Assembly: GCF_009914755.1 (NCBI RefSeq) | Contig: NC_060928.1 | From: the human T2T-CHM13v2.0 reference genome, Homo sapiens | DNA length: 64,000 bases | Reading direction: 5' to 3' (one strand) | Part shown: in pieces, positions 42,743-56,225 of the stretch | Position numbering within the stretch: the first letter of the stretch is position 1 | How the letters are laid out: every line of letters begins with the position of its first letter | Made by a program: the position numbers and the translations under genes | Notes under the pieces: generated by a model | What the model saw: the letters and a program-made list of their open reading frames with translations, nothing else | Told to the model about the DNA's origin: nothing | Database searches by the model: none

Positions 42743-43249
42743 GCATATGTATATAAGGAGATAGTCATTATTCCATATACTCTGTAGTTCAAGTTGAGGG
42801 ATAAATGTTTGGAGACTAAAGTCAATCATAATAGTTAATAAATGGACTGAAAGTCTATGTGAGTGAAACGGTGAAATAGTTTGACATAAAAAAGCTGTTA
42901 CTATTTTTCTGATTATTTGCCACTATGACTGTTGAGACTTAAAAAAAGAAAACAAATAAATCACAAAATTATTTTACATGTTTTAATTCAATGATGGGCT
43001 TTAAACAAGATGCATTTGTTAATAGAAAAGGAAGGAATTGTATTATATCATGACTACAGGTAATTTTATATGGTGGTTTTCAGGACATCTTTTGAGTTGA
43101 GGAACATACTGTTTATCAATCATTATAAGAATCAAATAACCTTACCACAAGTAAAGTGCTATAAACTGTGTAAAAGACGTAAAGCAAATACTGAAGAAAA
43201 CATGTTGCAACCCAGATGACAATAGGTTAATTGCATTACCATCTAAAGC

Positions 43250-44790
<1,541 letters not shown>

Positions 44791-47149
44791 AATTTAGTAA
44801 ATCGAGAGTAAAGAAGCAATGATTTAGTCTGTGGACATTACCTTTGCAATATTAAAAATCAGCTTTGATAATATTTTAAGTTTCATCATCAATGATTATT
44901 ACAAATGCCTTCATAAAGGTATTAAAATGAAAATGCATATAAACTATTGTTCTGTGTGTGTGTGTACATGTATGCCCACATATGGACATATATTCTAAAA
45001 AAAAGAGCCTTAAAATTGATATTGTGTAAATAGAACTTTAAAATATGAAGAAAGATAACCTCTGATATTCTTTGTATCATTTTGAGTAAAATTGAAATGA
45101 ATCCTGCAAGATACAACTTCCTAACGCAGTGAATTCTACTTATTCAAGCTGAAGTCACTGTTGTTTTGAGCGACTTTTGATACTGGTTCACCAACTATGA
45201 GTACAAAATCAAATTAGGCCAGCCATGAGAACTCATGCGCCTCTAAGGACATTATGTATACTTGAGGTTTTCCGTTCTGAATTTTCTTCCTAATGTAGAA
45301 TCTAGTAAAATTCTCTGACATAAATTTTTGTGGAACAAATATATTAACACAATAATATCCTGTGCACTTAAATTATTTGTCTACTTTTAATCATCTAGTT
45401 TCAATATAGCCAATATGTGCACTGAGATGTATAAATTTACACAGCAGAGAAAACCCTGCAAAGACAATTTCTGTAATTGAAAAGTTTCGTAGGAAGGTAT
45501 AAAACAAAGCAGAGATTTTCATTTCATAGCATACTCTTCCTATACTCATTAAGGATGTTTAGGGCTGACTGAGAGTGCTAAATACAACAGGGAGAACTAA
45601 GTGTTTCTTTATCAGCATTTATAAAGCTTCCATTTGCTGAAAGTGTGGTTAATTTTGCATTGCACAAAGCCGTCTTTTAAAAAATATATGGTTTCATTAC
45701 TTTTATCAATGCTAGAAATATAGTGAGGTTTTTTTTTTCTAGTGAATCATAAGCTGTTCCCGGTATTGTTCTCCTCTTGCAATTGATTTTCTAAAAAGTA
45801 AGTTTTCAAGATGTATCTTGTTTTGTACATAAGACCAAATCCAAGAGTGTTTTCATATTCTGGGTCACTTGTTGAATGGAGCTGAAGCATTATGAGTAAC
45901 AAAGGAACAAATGAAGACCTGGAGGAAAGAACAATACCACATTATAGTTGTGCTAGTTAATTGTCTATTTTCTCCAGCAATCACGGGAAGAACATTCTTT
46001 GTCATCTTCAGAAATAAAACCTAGCTCGCTCTTTTCATAGTATAAGAACCTTTAAAAGCCTATTGTAAGCTTTTGTAATATGGGTGCTAAGAAATCACAG
46101 AATGAAAAACATGAGTTCAATTAATTTTTTCCCAGTCATGAAGTCATCTGCAAAAATCAATTTTGCCCATGACTCCCTTTCTACAGGCTTATTTTTTATT
46201 ATACTCTGGTTTGGTATGAAACATATGATAAGTTCCTTTATTTTTGTGCATGACATTTATAAAGTGATCAGAAATGGTTGCTGAAGTGCTTTCAAAGCAG
46301 AAAAGCTCTTTCGACAAATTCAGAAAATTTATTCTTGCCAGCATGCCCATTTCAAATGTTAAAAATAAGTTTGTGTTCGTTCCAGAAGATCATTGGGTCC
46401 AAAGGTGTAATTGCAGCTGTGACATATTATAATTCAGAGGTGGATAGCCTATCAGGATAATAAGATGAAACTCTTTATTAACTCTTTGTGGAGAGTTCTC
46501 TTTCTGTATATGTGTTTCTCCTATATTTGCTGCAAATATTTTAAGGAAGCATCAACTTGAGTTTCTTTTACCTAGACACACTTGGGAATAAATGCTTATT
46601 TTGATGAGTAGACATCATGTGTTTCAGCTGCACACCTTTAATTACAAGTGAGAATCAGGTGTGGAAAAATATGCCTCTTTCATTCAGGATCTTTAAATTT
46701 TTTTTCTTTGAGCTTGAAGAGAACTTATGTCTCTTGAGTCAAGGGCTCTGTCTAAAACCTTTCCGAAATGATCTCATCCATATCCATGGATTCAAATACC
46801 ATCTAGATGCTGATGACTCCCATTTTAAAATTTATGCCACAAACTATTCTCCCACTCTCCAAATTCTCATTTCAAATTTTCCACTACACAGCTCTACCTG
46901 ACTGTAACTTGTTCAAGGAGAATTAATATTTATTTTAACCTCACTGTGTATCAAGAGTGATGCCAGTTTCTTTATAGCTTTACATACCTACCTCACTTAT
47001 TCCTGGGTTACATGCTCTTTGAGGGTAGACGCTGTATGTTTTTACATTGCTATGTCTCCAGTGCTAGATACCATGTCTACTCTACGGTTTTTGCAAATAT
47101 TTGTAAAATAAATGAATTAATCTTCACAACAAATCTGTGAGTACCTGGA

Positions 47150-47805
47150 GTTAAGCCAACTGTAAGGTTAAGGGCACAGTCTGCCAGACTTCCAAGTCTG
47201 CTCAACACTTCTAACTCCAAGGAGTTAGACTAAAAGTTAGCGGGGAAAGAATACATAAGAACACCATCACTTCTGACACCAGCTGCAAGTTCAGGAGTTT
47301 CACCACACCAACCTCATGTTTAATAATTTGCTACAGTCTCACAGAACTCAGTGAAAGCTACTGTACTCACAGATATGGTTTATTAAAGCAAAGGCCACAC
47401 ATGAGAATGAGCCAAAGAAAGAGATGCTTCTGATAGAGCCTAGGAAGTTTTCATATGTGAAGATTTCATTGTTTCCAGGATGCTTTACCTTCTTGCCATT
47501 GATGTATGGCAATATGCACAGTTGTTGCCAATCCTGGAAGCTCATTTGAGCCTTAGTGTTCAGAGTGTTCACTGGGGTTCCATTAAGTAGACATGATTGA
47601 TTGATTGACATAGCATGTGGTCCAAGGGGACCATGTATCAGTCACCTTCTCAGCGTAAACTTCAGGTTTGGTCCTAAGGTCCCAATGTGAATGACAATGA
47701 CATTCCTATTGCTTGGGAAATTCCAGAGGTTTAGAGGCTACCTCCAAGAAGCCAAGGACAAAGGCCGGACCTCTCCTTGAGCAAGGTCAAGTTCTTTACT
47801 AGATA
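47150..47805 (-). mobile_element. MER21-family LTR
   Basis: acttctgacaccagctgcaagttc, ctcacagaactcagtgaaagc, gaagccaaggacaaaggcc. Confidence 0.65.
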
Positions 47806-47929
47806 CTGATTATATCCATTTTATAGATTAAATAAAAATATTATATACAATAGTTGAGACAACTAGAGTTTGGACATAAGACTGCTTGTTTCTGAAGTCC
47901 ATCTTCTTTTGAATATATCTGCCCTCTAA

Positions 47930-49130
47930 AATGCAAATTCTTTTCCCGTATTACTAACCAGTTCCACCTCTTGCATTTTTTATCTTGGTTAATGCCATCA
48001 ACATATTTTTCATTTCTCAGTGTACAAATATTTGTCTTGTCTTCCTACCTCTCTCTCACTATGACAATCCAATTAGTTGCCAAGTCATATCAATTTAATT
48101 TGTTTCAGACATGCTTCTTCAATTTGGCTCTTTCTCTTCACTCTTTGCTGTTAATATGTTAGTCCCAATTTCATCATTCCTGACTTGAATAGTGCCACGT
48201 TGCTTTAACTAATCTCTCTGGATTATCCACCCACACCCATTATTTTCTGCTTCATCATCATATTGACCTACAAAAGAAGCAGAGGTGTTCATATCACTAT
48301 TCTTAAAAATTCTTGCTGGGGCTGGGTGTAGTGGCTCAAGCCTGTAGTCCCAGCATTTTCAGAGGCAGAGGCTGGTGAATCACTTGAGGCCAGGAGTCTG
48401 AGAACAGCCTGGCCAACATGATGAAATCCAGTCTCAACTTCCTATTTTCTAAAAATAGAAAAGTAAAAAAAAAGAAAATAAAAGAAGTTGCATTGGGTCC
48501 CTGATGCTTGTAAATAAAATTCAATCTCTTTAGTATGGCTTACTTGGCCTTGAACAATATAAACCGAAACTAATTCTAACCTCCTCTCCCAACACCATCT
48601 CGTGCATATTCTATGATCTCTGTGGACTTTAATCATCCCAATGAGCATAATAGGACCTATCACAATTTCATGTTTCTTTCATTAGTTTTTGCAAGAATTG
48701 TCCTTGTCTCCTTCTTTATCTATCACAATCCTTTTAATTAAGATCTAGTTTAAATGTTACCTCATTGGTGACACTTTTACTCATTTCTCCAGACAAAATT
48801 ATTTGCTCTTACTTCAGAGCTTCCACCATTTATTGTACCCATTTTTGTAATAGTTTTCAACATATATTTTAATTTATTGACTTGCATATGCTTTTAAATA
48901 TACTTTATACACTTTACGATGACAGAAACTCTGTTTAGCAAATGTTTAGAAAGCTCTGTTTACAAAGCTCTTTATACTTAGTAGGTGATCATCATATAGT
49001 TTCTGAATCACATAAACTCTTTGGATGAGGTACCATGTGATGTTTAGCACTGTACTTGCCATGGCTACCACATGGTATGGGCTAAATAAATACCTGTATA
49101 AAAACTAAACTGAGTAAATGAATAATGAAT
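47930..49130 (+). mobile_element. L2 fragment split by an Alu monomer
   Basis: atccaattagttgccaagtc, tttaaatgttacctc, gagtaaatgaataatgaat tail. Confidence 0.6.
48320..48486 (+). mobile_element. Alu left monomer / FLAM
   Basis: ggctgggtgtagtggctcaagcctgtagtcccagc... followed by an A-rich tail. Confidence 0.8.
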
Positions 49131-49705
49131 ATGTGAAGGAATGAATATCCAGTCTCTGGAAATATCATCTAATTGGTCATTGAATCACCCAGGTCATTGA
49201 GTTTAATAGACTTAATTTTTTAGATTAAATAATGAAAATAGCTATCCTGAAATAAAATAAAAAACAAGTTTTCAAAATTATTTTAATTCCCTAGGGATCA
49301 TTCTATGAGTTTTAATAATTTCAATGTAATAAACAGTTATTTTGGGCATACGACATGTCTGGTACCCTTTTGTAGGCACTAAGCAGTTCTCAGAGATAAA
49401 TAACAGACAAAGCCTCCCTTTAGAAAGCTCAGAGTACAATAGCGATGGGACTTGAGAGGCCATGGAGTGTGGAATTATACCACAAAACATGTTCTAAATA
49501 GTGTCAGGATTTGGAGTAGGAGTGATCAAATCCATTTTGAGGGTCAGTCAATGATTTATGCCTTGGGGAGGATAAGGCCACATTGAAAAAGGCAGAGCTG
49601 AGAGAAAGAGGCACTCTTACTGAAGATATTACCACATGTGGAGGCAAGGAGTATCAGAGGACAGGTCGTCAGTTTGGCAGTGACATTTGATGTGTGTACA
49701 TAAAG

Positions 49706-51440
49706 CGATGTTTCTCCAAGTGTAATCCATGAGACGTCTAGGAGTCCCTGAGACCCTCCCTTTCAGAAAATTCATGAGGTAAAAATCATTCTCATAATAA
49801 TTCTAAGACAATAATAATTTTAAAAAGTGTTTGCATTTTTACTGATGGTGCAAAAGCAATGGTGAGTAAAACTGATGGTTCATTAATAGAAATTAAGGCC
49901 ACATCAACAAACTGTATTCGCTCATAACTGTATTCTGCATTGTCATACACGCAAAGAAACAATGAATGACTTTTTCAGTTTCACTTAAGAATGTCCCTAA
50001 AGAAGCAGTTAACATTTCTAATTTTACTAAATCCTGATCCTTGAGTACGTGTCTTTTAAATATTCTATTTGACAAAATTGAAAATACGCATAAAGTACTT
50101 TTGTCTATAGAAGTAAAACAGTTATCTCAAGGAACAGTACTTGTGTGGTTGTTTGAATTATGAGCTGAAATAGCTACTTTTTTTCATAGAACGTTTGTAC
50201 TTGAAAAAAGTGACTGACAAACTATTATTATTCAGAGTTTGCCACGTCTGCTAGAGATTTCCCAGTGTTAATGAAGTGAGCATGTTACTTCAAAGAAAAC
50301 AACTGACAACAAATGTTTCAAATGATAAAAACTGAGCTTTCAAACAAAAGTTAGAATTTTTGAAACTTGTACCTAACATCATGGGCTCGATTACTTCCTA
50401 TTATTTTCTGATCAGATTAGTGGTTATATTAATGCATGCAATTTTAAAAATGTACCATAAAATATGCTAGCATTTGGAGGATCTTCATAACTCAAGTGAG
50501 CCAATTTTTTCCAAATGACCAATGATATTAGAAAGTTATGCATAAATAAAAGATCCAAAATGCAAAACAGATCCACAGATTTTATTTTGTTTATTTATTT
50601 TTATTTTTTTGAGAGGGAGTTTAGCTCTTGTTGTCCAGGCTGGAGTTCAATGGCGTGATCTTGGCTCACTGTAACCTCTGCCTCCCAGGTTCAAGCGATT
50701 CTCTTGCCCTAGCCTCCTGAGTAGTTGGGATTACAGGCATTCACAACCAAGCCTGGCTAATTTTGTATTTTTAGTAGAGACAGGGTTTCTCCATGTTGGT
50801 CAGGCTGGTCTCGAACTCCCAACCTCAGGTGATCAGCCCACCTCAGCCTCCCCAAGTGCTGGGATTACAGGCGTGAGCTACCGCGCCCGGCCAGATCCAC
50901 AGATTTTAATGTAAAAGAGTAAGAAGAGGTAATATATATATATTTTTCTATTGCATATTGCAACTAACCTCTAAGAAACTACTTTGTCAAGTTTTGGCAT
51001 ACTAGCAAACGGTAATATCAACTGTTTTCTGAAAAGGCTATTAAAATGCTCTTTTTATTTTTCCAACTGTATGTTTTGTAAGACTGAATTTTCTCTATAT
51101 ACTTCAATCAAAATAACATATTGCAGTGAATGGAATGCATAAGCAGATGCAAGAGTCTAACTGTCTTCTATTGAACCAGATATTAAAGAAATTTGCAAAA
51201 TGGTAAACAATGCTATTATTCTCATTAATGTTTTAAAGATGGAGTTATTTTATTAAAATATGTAGGATATGTTAACATATAGTATTTTACAATTTTTGAT
51301 GAGTTTTAATAAAGGTTTTAAAATATTTCTATTTTAATCTCTAATATGATAATTAGCAGATATGACACAAGCTCTATTGCATCTTCAATGATTTTTAACA
51401 GTGTAAAGGGATCTGAGACCAAAAAGTTTGAGAAGTACTG
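49706..51440. mobile_element. Charlie1a hAT DNA transposon, split by AluSp
   Basis: ctgatggtgcaaaagcaatggtgagtaaaactg; end ctgagaccaaaaagtttgagaagtactg; degenerate 8-bp TSD acataaag/agataaat. Confidence 0.85.
50585..50892 (-). mobile_element. AluSp
   Basis: Diagnostic gctcttgttg and tttctccatgttggtcaggc; 16-bp TSD agatccacagatttta at 50569-84 and 50893-908. Confidence 0.93.
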
Positions 51441-51849
51441 AGATAAATGAATGCCATAAAGAAATGCCACAAACATTTTCAATTTATCCTATATAAAGAA
51501 TATTTGCTATATATCAGGCTCCATGGAAGATTCTGTGTTTATAGCAGGGAGATAAAAAACAGACCCAATCTCTCCCCTCATGAAATTAATAATCTGATAA
51601 TAGTCTGTCACATTATTGTATATTATTAAGTGCGGAGATAATAAAAATTGAGTCTACAGTTACTATTGACTGTCGTAGTTCAAAAATTTGATTAACATGT
51701 CAAGATAAACAGAGAGATAAGAAAAAACACTGTAATTATTTCTAGAGATTAATAGAAAACTGTGAATATTTTTTTCATCTATTCATTTTGCAGGAACTAT
51801 TTAACATTATTTAATTTTAAAATCTGCATTTCAACGCATTTATTTTATT

Positions 51850-53570
51850 TTAAGGTATAGTTATTATAAGTGGCCCATAGTTGCTTATTTTATGTAATAT
51901 AATTAATATTTTTAAACTGCAGAAATTTAAAAATATCTACTTACATCTAATGCAATTACTGATAGAATGGATTTTAAATTTATTATCATATTATTTGTTT
52001 TTTACTTTTTCCACCTGCTCTGTCTTCCTTTTTCCTATGTTTTGTCCCCATTGAAATTTATTATTTTTCCCTCTCTGTTAGCTTGATTTTTATAATTTTA
52101 TTCTATCCTTTAGGGGTGATTCTACATCAGGGTTTCTCAACCTCAGCATTATTAACAATTTGAGCCAGAAAATCCTTTGTTATGAGAGTAACTTACCTGT
52201 GCACTGTAAGATTTTAGCAGCAGCAGTCACATCACCCTACTTGTGACAATAAAAAAGGTCTCCAGATATTGTCAAACGTCTTCTGGAGGAAGTGTCTCCA
52301 GGTATTGTCAAATGTCTTCGGGAGGTCAAAATTATCCTTGGTTGGGAACTATTGCTATAGACTCAGCAAAATTTTAATGTAAATAAGAACATGTAAATAA
52401 GAACTTTTTTTCTTTCTTCTGGATATGGAAAGCACTTGCAACATTTATCTCTATTTATTCCTCCTCACAACTATTACAGTATACTTGTTGCTATTTTAAT
52501 TTTCTATGTATTTCCAATTCCATGATATTATATTGTTTTTCATCATTAGTATTCAATTGCCCACATATTTTCTGTTATGTTGTTCTTCACATCTTCCTGC
52601 AAAGCTGATCTTCTTACTATGATTATTTTTATTTTACTAGCAGAATACTTTTATTTTCTCTGGGGTCATATTCTGGTGATAAACTCTCCCTGTTTTTGTT
52701 TGCCTAAAAATTCGCTTATTTTACAGTTATTTTTGAAGACTATTTCCACAGAGTATAGGCTTGTAGGTTGACAGGTTCTTGTTTTTGTTTTGACAGTTTG
52801 ACATTTTATTTCATTGCTATTCTTTATCCATTGTTTGTGTGAAAATCAGATATTAATTTAATTGTTGCTCATTCAAGACATACTTTTTCAGATGCTTTGA
52901 AGATTTTGTAATTTCTTTGGTTTTTAGCAGTTTGGCTGTGATGTGCCTTAGTTTGGTTTTCTTTGTATTTATCTGGCTTAAGTTTCATAGTGCATCTTGA
53001 ATCTGTGGCTTGAAATCTTTTGTCAGTTTGGAAAAATCACAGCTATTTTCTCTTCACATATTTCTCTGACTCCATTTTCTTTCCTCTTCTCCTTCTGGAA
53101 CTTCAGTTACACGTACATAGATGTTTTCACATTTGTGTGTTTGTGCAATCATTTTGTCTCTCTTTGCTTCATTCTATGTATTTCCATCTGAGCCACCTTC
53201 TATCTCCCGATTTCTTTTTTCTGAGCTATATCTAAACTGCCAATAAATCTATTCATTGAATTATTGATTGCAATTATTGTATCTTCTCAATCCATAATTT
53301 CCTTTTGATACTTTTATAAAATACTTTTCAGTTCTCTGACAAAATTCCCAATTTTATCTTATTTCTAGAGCATATTAAGCATAGTTATTTTAAACTCTTT
53401 ATCTGATGACTGCATTATCTGGATTGTCAGTACATCTATTTATATTGTCTAAGCCTTATTTTGATTATTAATCACATTTCTTGTTCTACATATGCCTGTA
53501 TGATTTTATTTAGGCTCCAGATGCTACCTATAAAAAATTGCCAGGATAATTTGAGGCCTTGGACGATGGT
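51850..53570 (-). mobile_element. Ancient L1M/HAL1-type element (ORF1 region), minus strand
   Basis: T-rich; gtttggctgtgatgtgcctta, cagtttggaaaaatcacagctatt, typical of antisense old-L1 ORF1. Confidence 0.6.
52128..52354. mobile_element. MER20 hAT MITE with internal 36-bp duplication
   Basis: cagggtttctcaacctcagc...ggttgggaactattg. Confidence 0.85.
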
Positions 53571-53685
53571 ATCTTCTTCCATATTTGGGCTGAGTAATTC
53601 TTCACTGCCTTGGTAGCTTTCCAATTGCTTAATGCATTTTTTTGGCACAATTGTTCTTTTTAAATTATACCGGTTGAGGCCAATT

Positions 53686-53710
53686 TTTGTTTGTTTGTTT
53701 GTTTGTTTTG
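53686..53710. repeat. (TTTG)n microsatellite
   Basis: Five tandem TTTG units plus a partial unit. Confidence 0.85.
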
Positions 53711-54630
53711 CCAATGCCTTGCACACGATATGACGCCCAAGTGTGCATTGCTGGGATGCAGCTCATGGCATGTGTGACTCATTATGCAAGTTCAAGATTA
53801 CCCAACTGGGTCTTTTCCATGTTAAACAAGATTAAACCTCTGAGCATGCATTTGGATATTGTAAAAATATCTAATTGCTATAAAAGTTTTGAAATACTCT
53901 TAATTTCTCTATTATTTTTTTTTCCTGCATATCTCTAGTAGTCTAGCGACCACATTTTAGTGGCACTGCTATAGAACACACTACACTATTCCAAGAAAAA
54001 GTAAGAAAATTCTCTGGTTAAAGGAAGAGATCTAAAATAAGAAAGACCTACTTTGCCTTGAGGAAAAAAAAATTATAGGCTTAAAACCAAATTAACAAAA
54101 TTTAAATAAATACATGGGCTAATCTTTAAAGGATTTTGCTCTAAAAAAAATTCAGCAAACATTTGCTCAACTATCCCCATGTTGTACAGAGAACACTATG
54201 CCTTGAGGATTATTTAAAGCAAACTAGAGAATTTCATTTGCATATGTACTAAAACCTCATTAATTCAAAATCTGATAATTTGCCCAAGTAAATTAATACT
54301 GTAAGAAGAATTACAGTGAAGTATTCAAAACCTCTTAAAGAACTAAATTTTCAATCATTCTCAAATACTTTAGAAGCAGCTTTTCTCTTATAGAAATTAA
54401 GAATATGCTAATTACTAACTCCATGTATTTTTTTTACAGCAGTAAGTCTCATAGAAGTGGAAGCAATGTCTTGTGAGTTTGTTCTGTTGCATGTTCACAC
54501 AAAAAATTATTTGAAATAAACAGAACTTTTTTTAATGCTTCCAATAATTTAGCCAAAATTTCTACCTCCCAATTAGTTAAAATTTATAGCTTTAACTAGA
54601 ATATCACTGTATAAAGAATAAAGCTTTTGG

Positions 54631-54942
54631 GGCCAGGCACAGTGGCTCACGCCTGTAATCCTGAAACTTTGGGAGGCCCAGGCAGGCAGATCACCTGAGG
54701 TTGGGAGTTCGAGACCAGCGTGACCAACATGGAAAAACCCCGTCTCCACTAAAAATACAAAATTAGCCGGGCGTGGTGGCACATGCCTGTAATCCCAGCT
54801 ACTCAGGAGACTGAGGCAGGAGAATCGCTTGAACCCAGGAGGCGGAGGTTGTGGTGAGCCAAGTTCGCACAATTGGACTCTAGCCTGGGCAACAAGGGCA
54901 AAATTCTGTCCCCACCCCATCCCCCAAAAAAAATTTAAAAAG
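54631..54942 (+). mobile_element. AluSp with a C-rich tract before the tail
   Basis: ggttgggagttcgagacc, tgaccaacatgga, caacaagggcaaaa; aaagctttt on both flanks. Confidence 0.9.
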
Positions 54943-54954
54943 AAAGCTTTTTAG

Positions 54955-55540
54955 TGGAGTATCTGGGACATCTATTGCTTTTGTTTGATCAGTGTCCATT
55001 CCTCTTTATTTTGTAATACAAACCTCATTTTTCTTAGGACTTTCTCTAAATCCAAGTTATTTAGCTATGTGACTAAGTCCAAGTTATTTAGGTAAGTGAC
55101 TGACTCCAGGAGTGATGTATGAGTTAGAGATAGCTAATCAGAAATTCCCATCTCTCTGACTACAATCACTCGTTCAAAGATAGGCATGTGACCAACAATG
55201 AGTCAATGAAAGATACACCCAAGACTTTTGCTGGAACTCAGGAAAGAAGCTTTTTCTGCAGACATTTGCAAAGCAGAAGGTTGTAAGCTTGAGGTGGTAT
55301 ATGAGCAAATATCTACTACTATTGGCAAAGAACAGTTGAAAATTAAGCTAACATTAAGGAAAAGGGGAAAGGAGTGCCAAGAAAAGGAAAAGACCAGTAG
55401 CTAATGCTTATTGAGAGGCTGGATGCAACCGGATCCTGAACTAAATTTGTACTATGAGATACCTCTTGTACCTATGGGTCAACAAAATCCACATTATTGT
55501 AAAAACAAGTTGTTGGGTCATTCACAAACAAGACTCAACT
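54955..55540 (+). mobile_element. Old MLT1(J/K/L-like) LTR
   Basis: gataggcatgtgaccaa, agacttttgctggaact; highly diverged. Confidence 0.5.
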
Positions 55541-55669
55541 GATTTTACTGTTTATTTTGTTACGTGTAGAGGGCCGCAGCAGGACTGGGAATAAAAAGAA
55601 ATTCAGTAAATAAAATGCATGCCAAGGAAATTATAATATTGTTGGATGGAAAGAATATTAGTTGTTAAA

Positions 55670-55893
55670 TCCCTAAAGACAAGAACTTTGTCAGTTTATA
55701 TTTTTCTGAGTGCCCAGCAAAGTAGGCACTAAACAAGTATTAGTTGAATGACTGAATGCACATGTATGTGTATTCACTCATTCATCTGACAAACAATTAT
55801 TGAGGACCTATTATGCCTTAAGAACTATTCTTGGAGCTAAGAATACAGCACAGAACCAGACAAAGTTGCCTGTTGAAAGGTTTTAAATTCTAG
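55670..55893. mobile_element. Two L2 3' ends, tail to tail
   Basis: Sense tail (gtaggcactaaacaagtattagttgaatgactgaat) abuts an antisense tail (attcactcattcatctgacaaacaattattgaggacctattatgcc). Confidence 0.75.
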
Positions 55894-55894
55894 T

Positions 55895-56225
55895 TGCTAT
55901 AGACTGAAAGTGTGTGTCCTTCAAAATTTCTATGTTGAAATCCTAGCCTCCAATATGATGGTATTAGGAAGTGGGGCCTTTGGAGGATGCTTAAGTCATG
56001 AAGGGAGAGCCCTTATGTATAAGATTAGTGCCCTTATAAAAGAAATCCAGAACCATCTCACCTATTCCACCATGTGAGGGCACAATGAGAAAATGGCCAT
56101 CTATGAACCAGGAAAGAGGCCCTCACCAGGCAGTGAATCTGCCAGTGCCTTGATCTTGAACTTTCCATCCTCCAGAATTGTGAGAAATAAATTTCTCTTG
56201 TTTATAAGCTACTCCACCTATGGCT
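55895..56225 (+). mobile_element. MLT1A0-like LTR
   Basis: tgctatagactgaa...gattagtgcccttataaaaga...gtgagaaataaatttct. Confidence 0.85.

Noticed and set aside
47185-47229. Two adjacent mini inverted repeats (7- and 9-bp arms)
   Set aside because: Short and inside an LTR; no sign of function.
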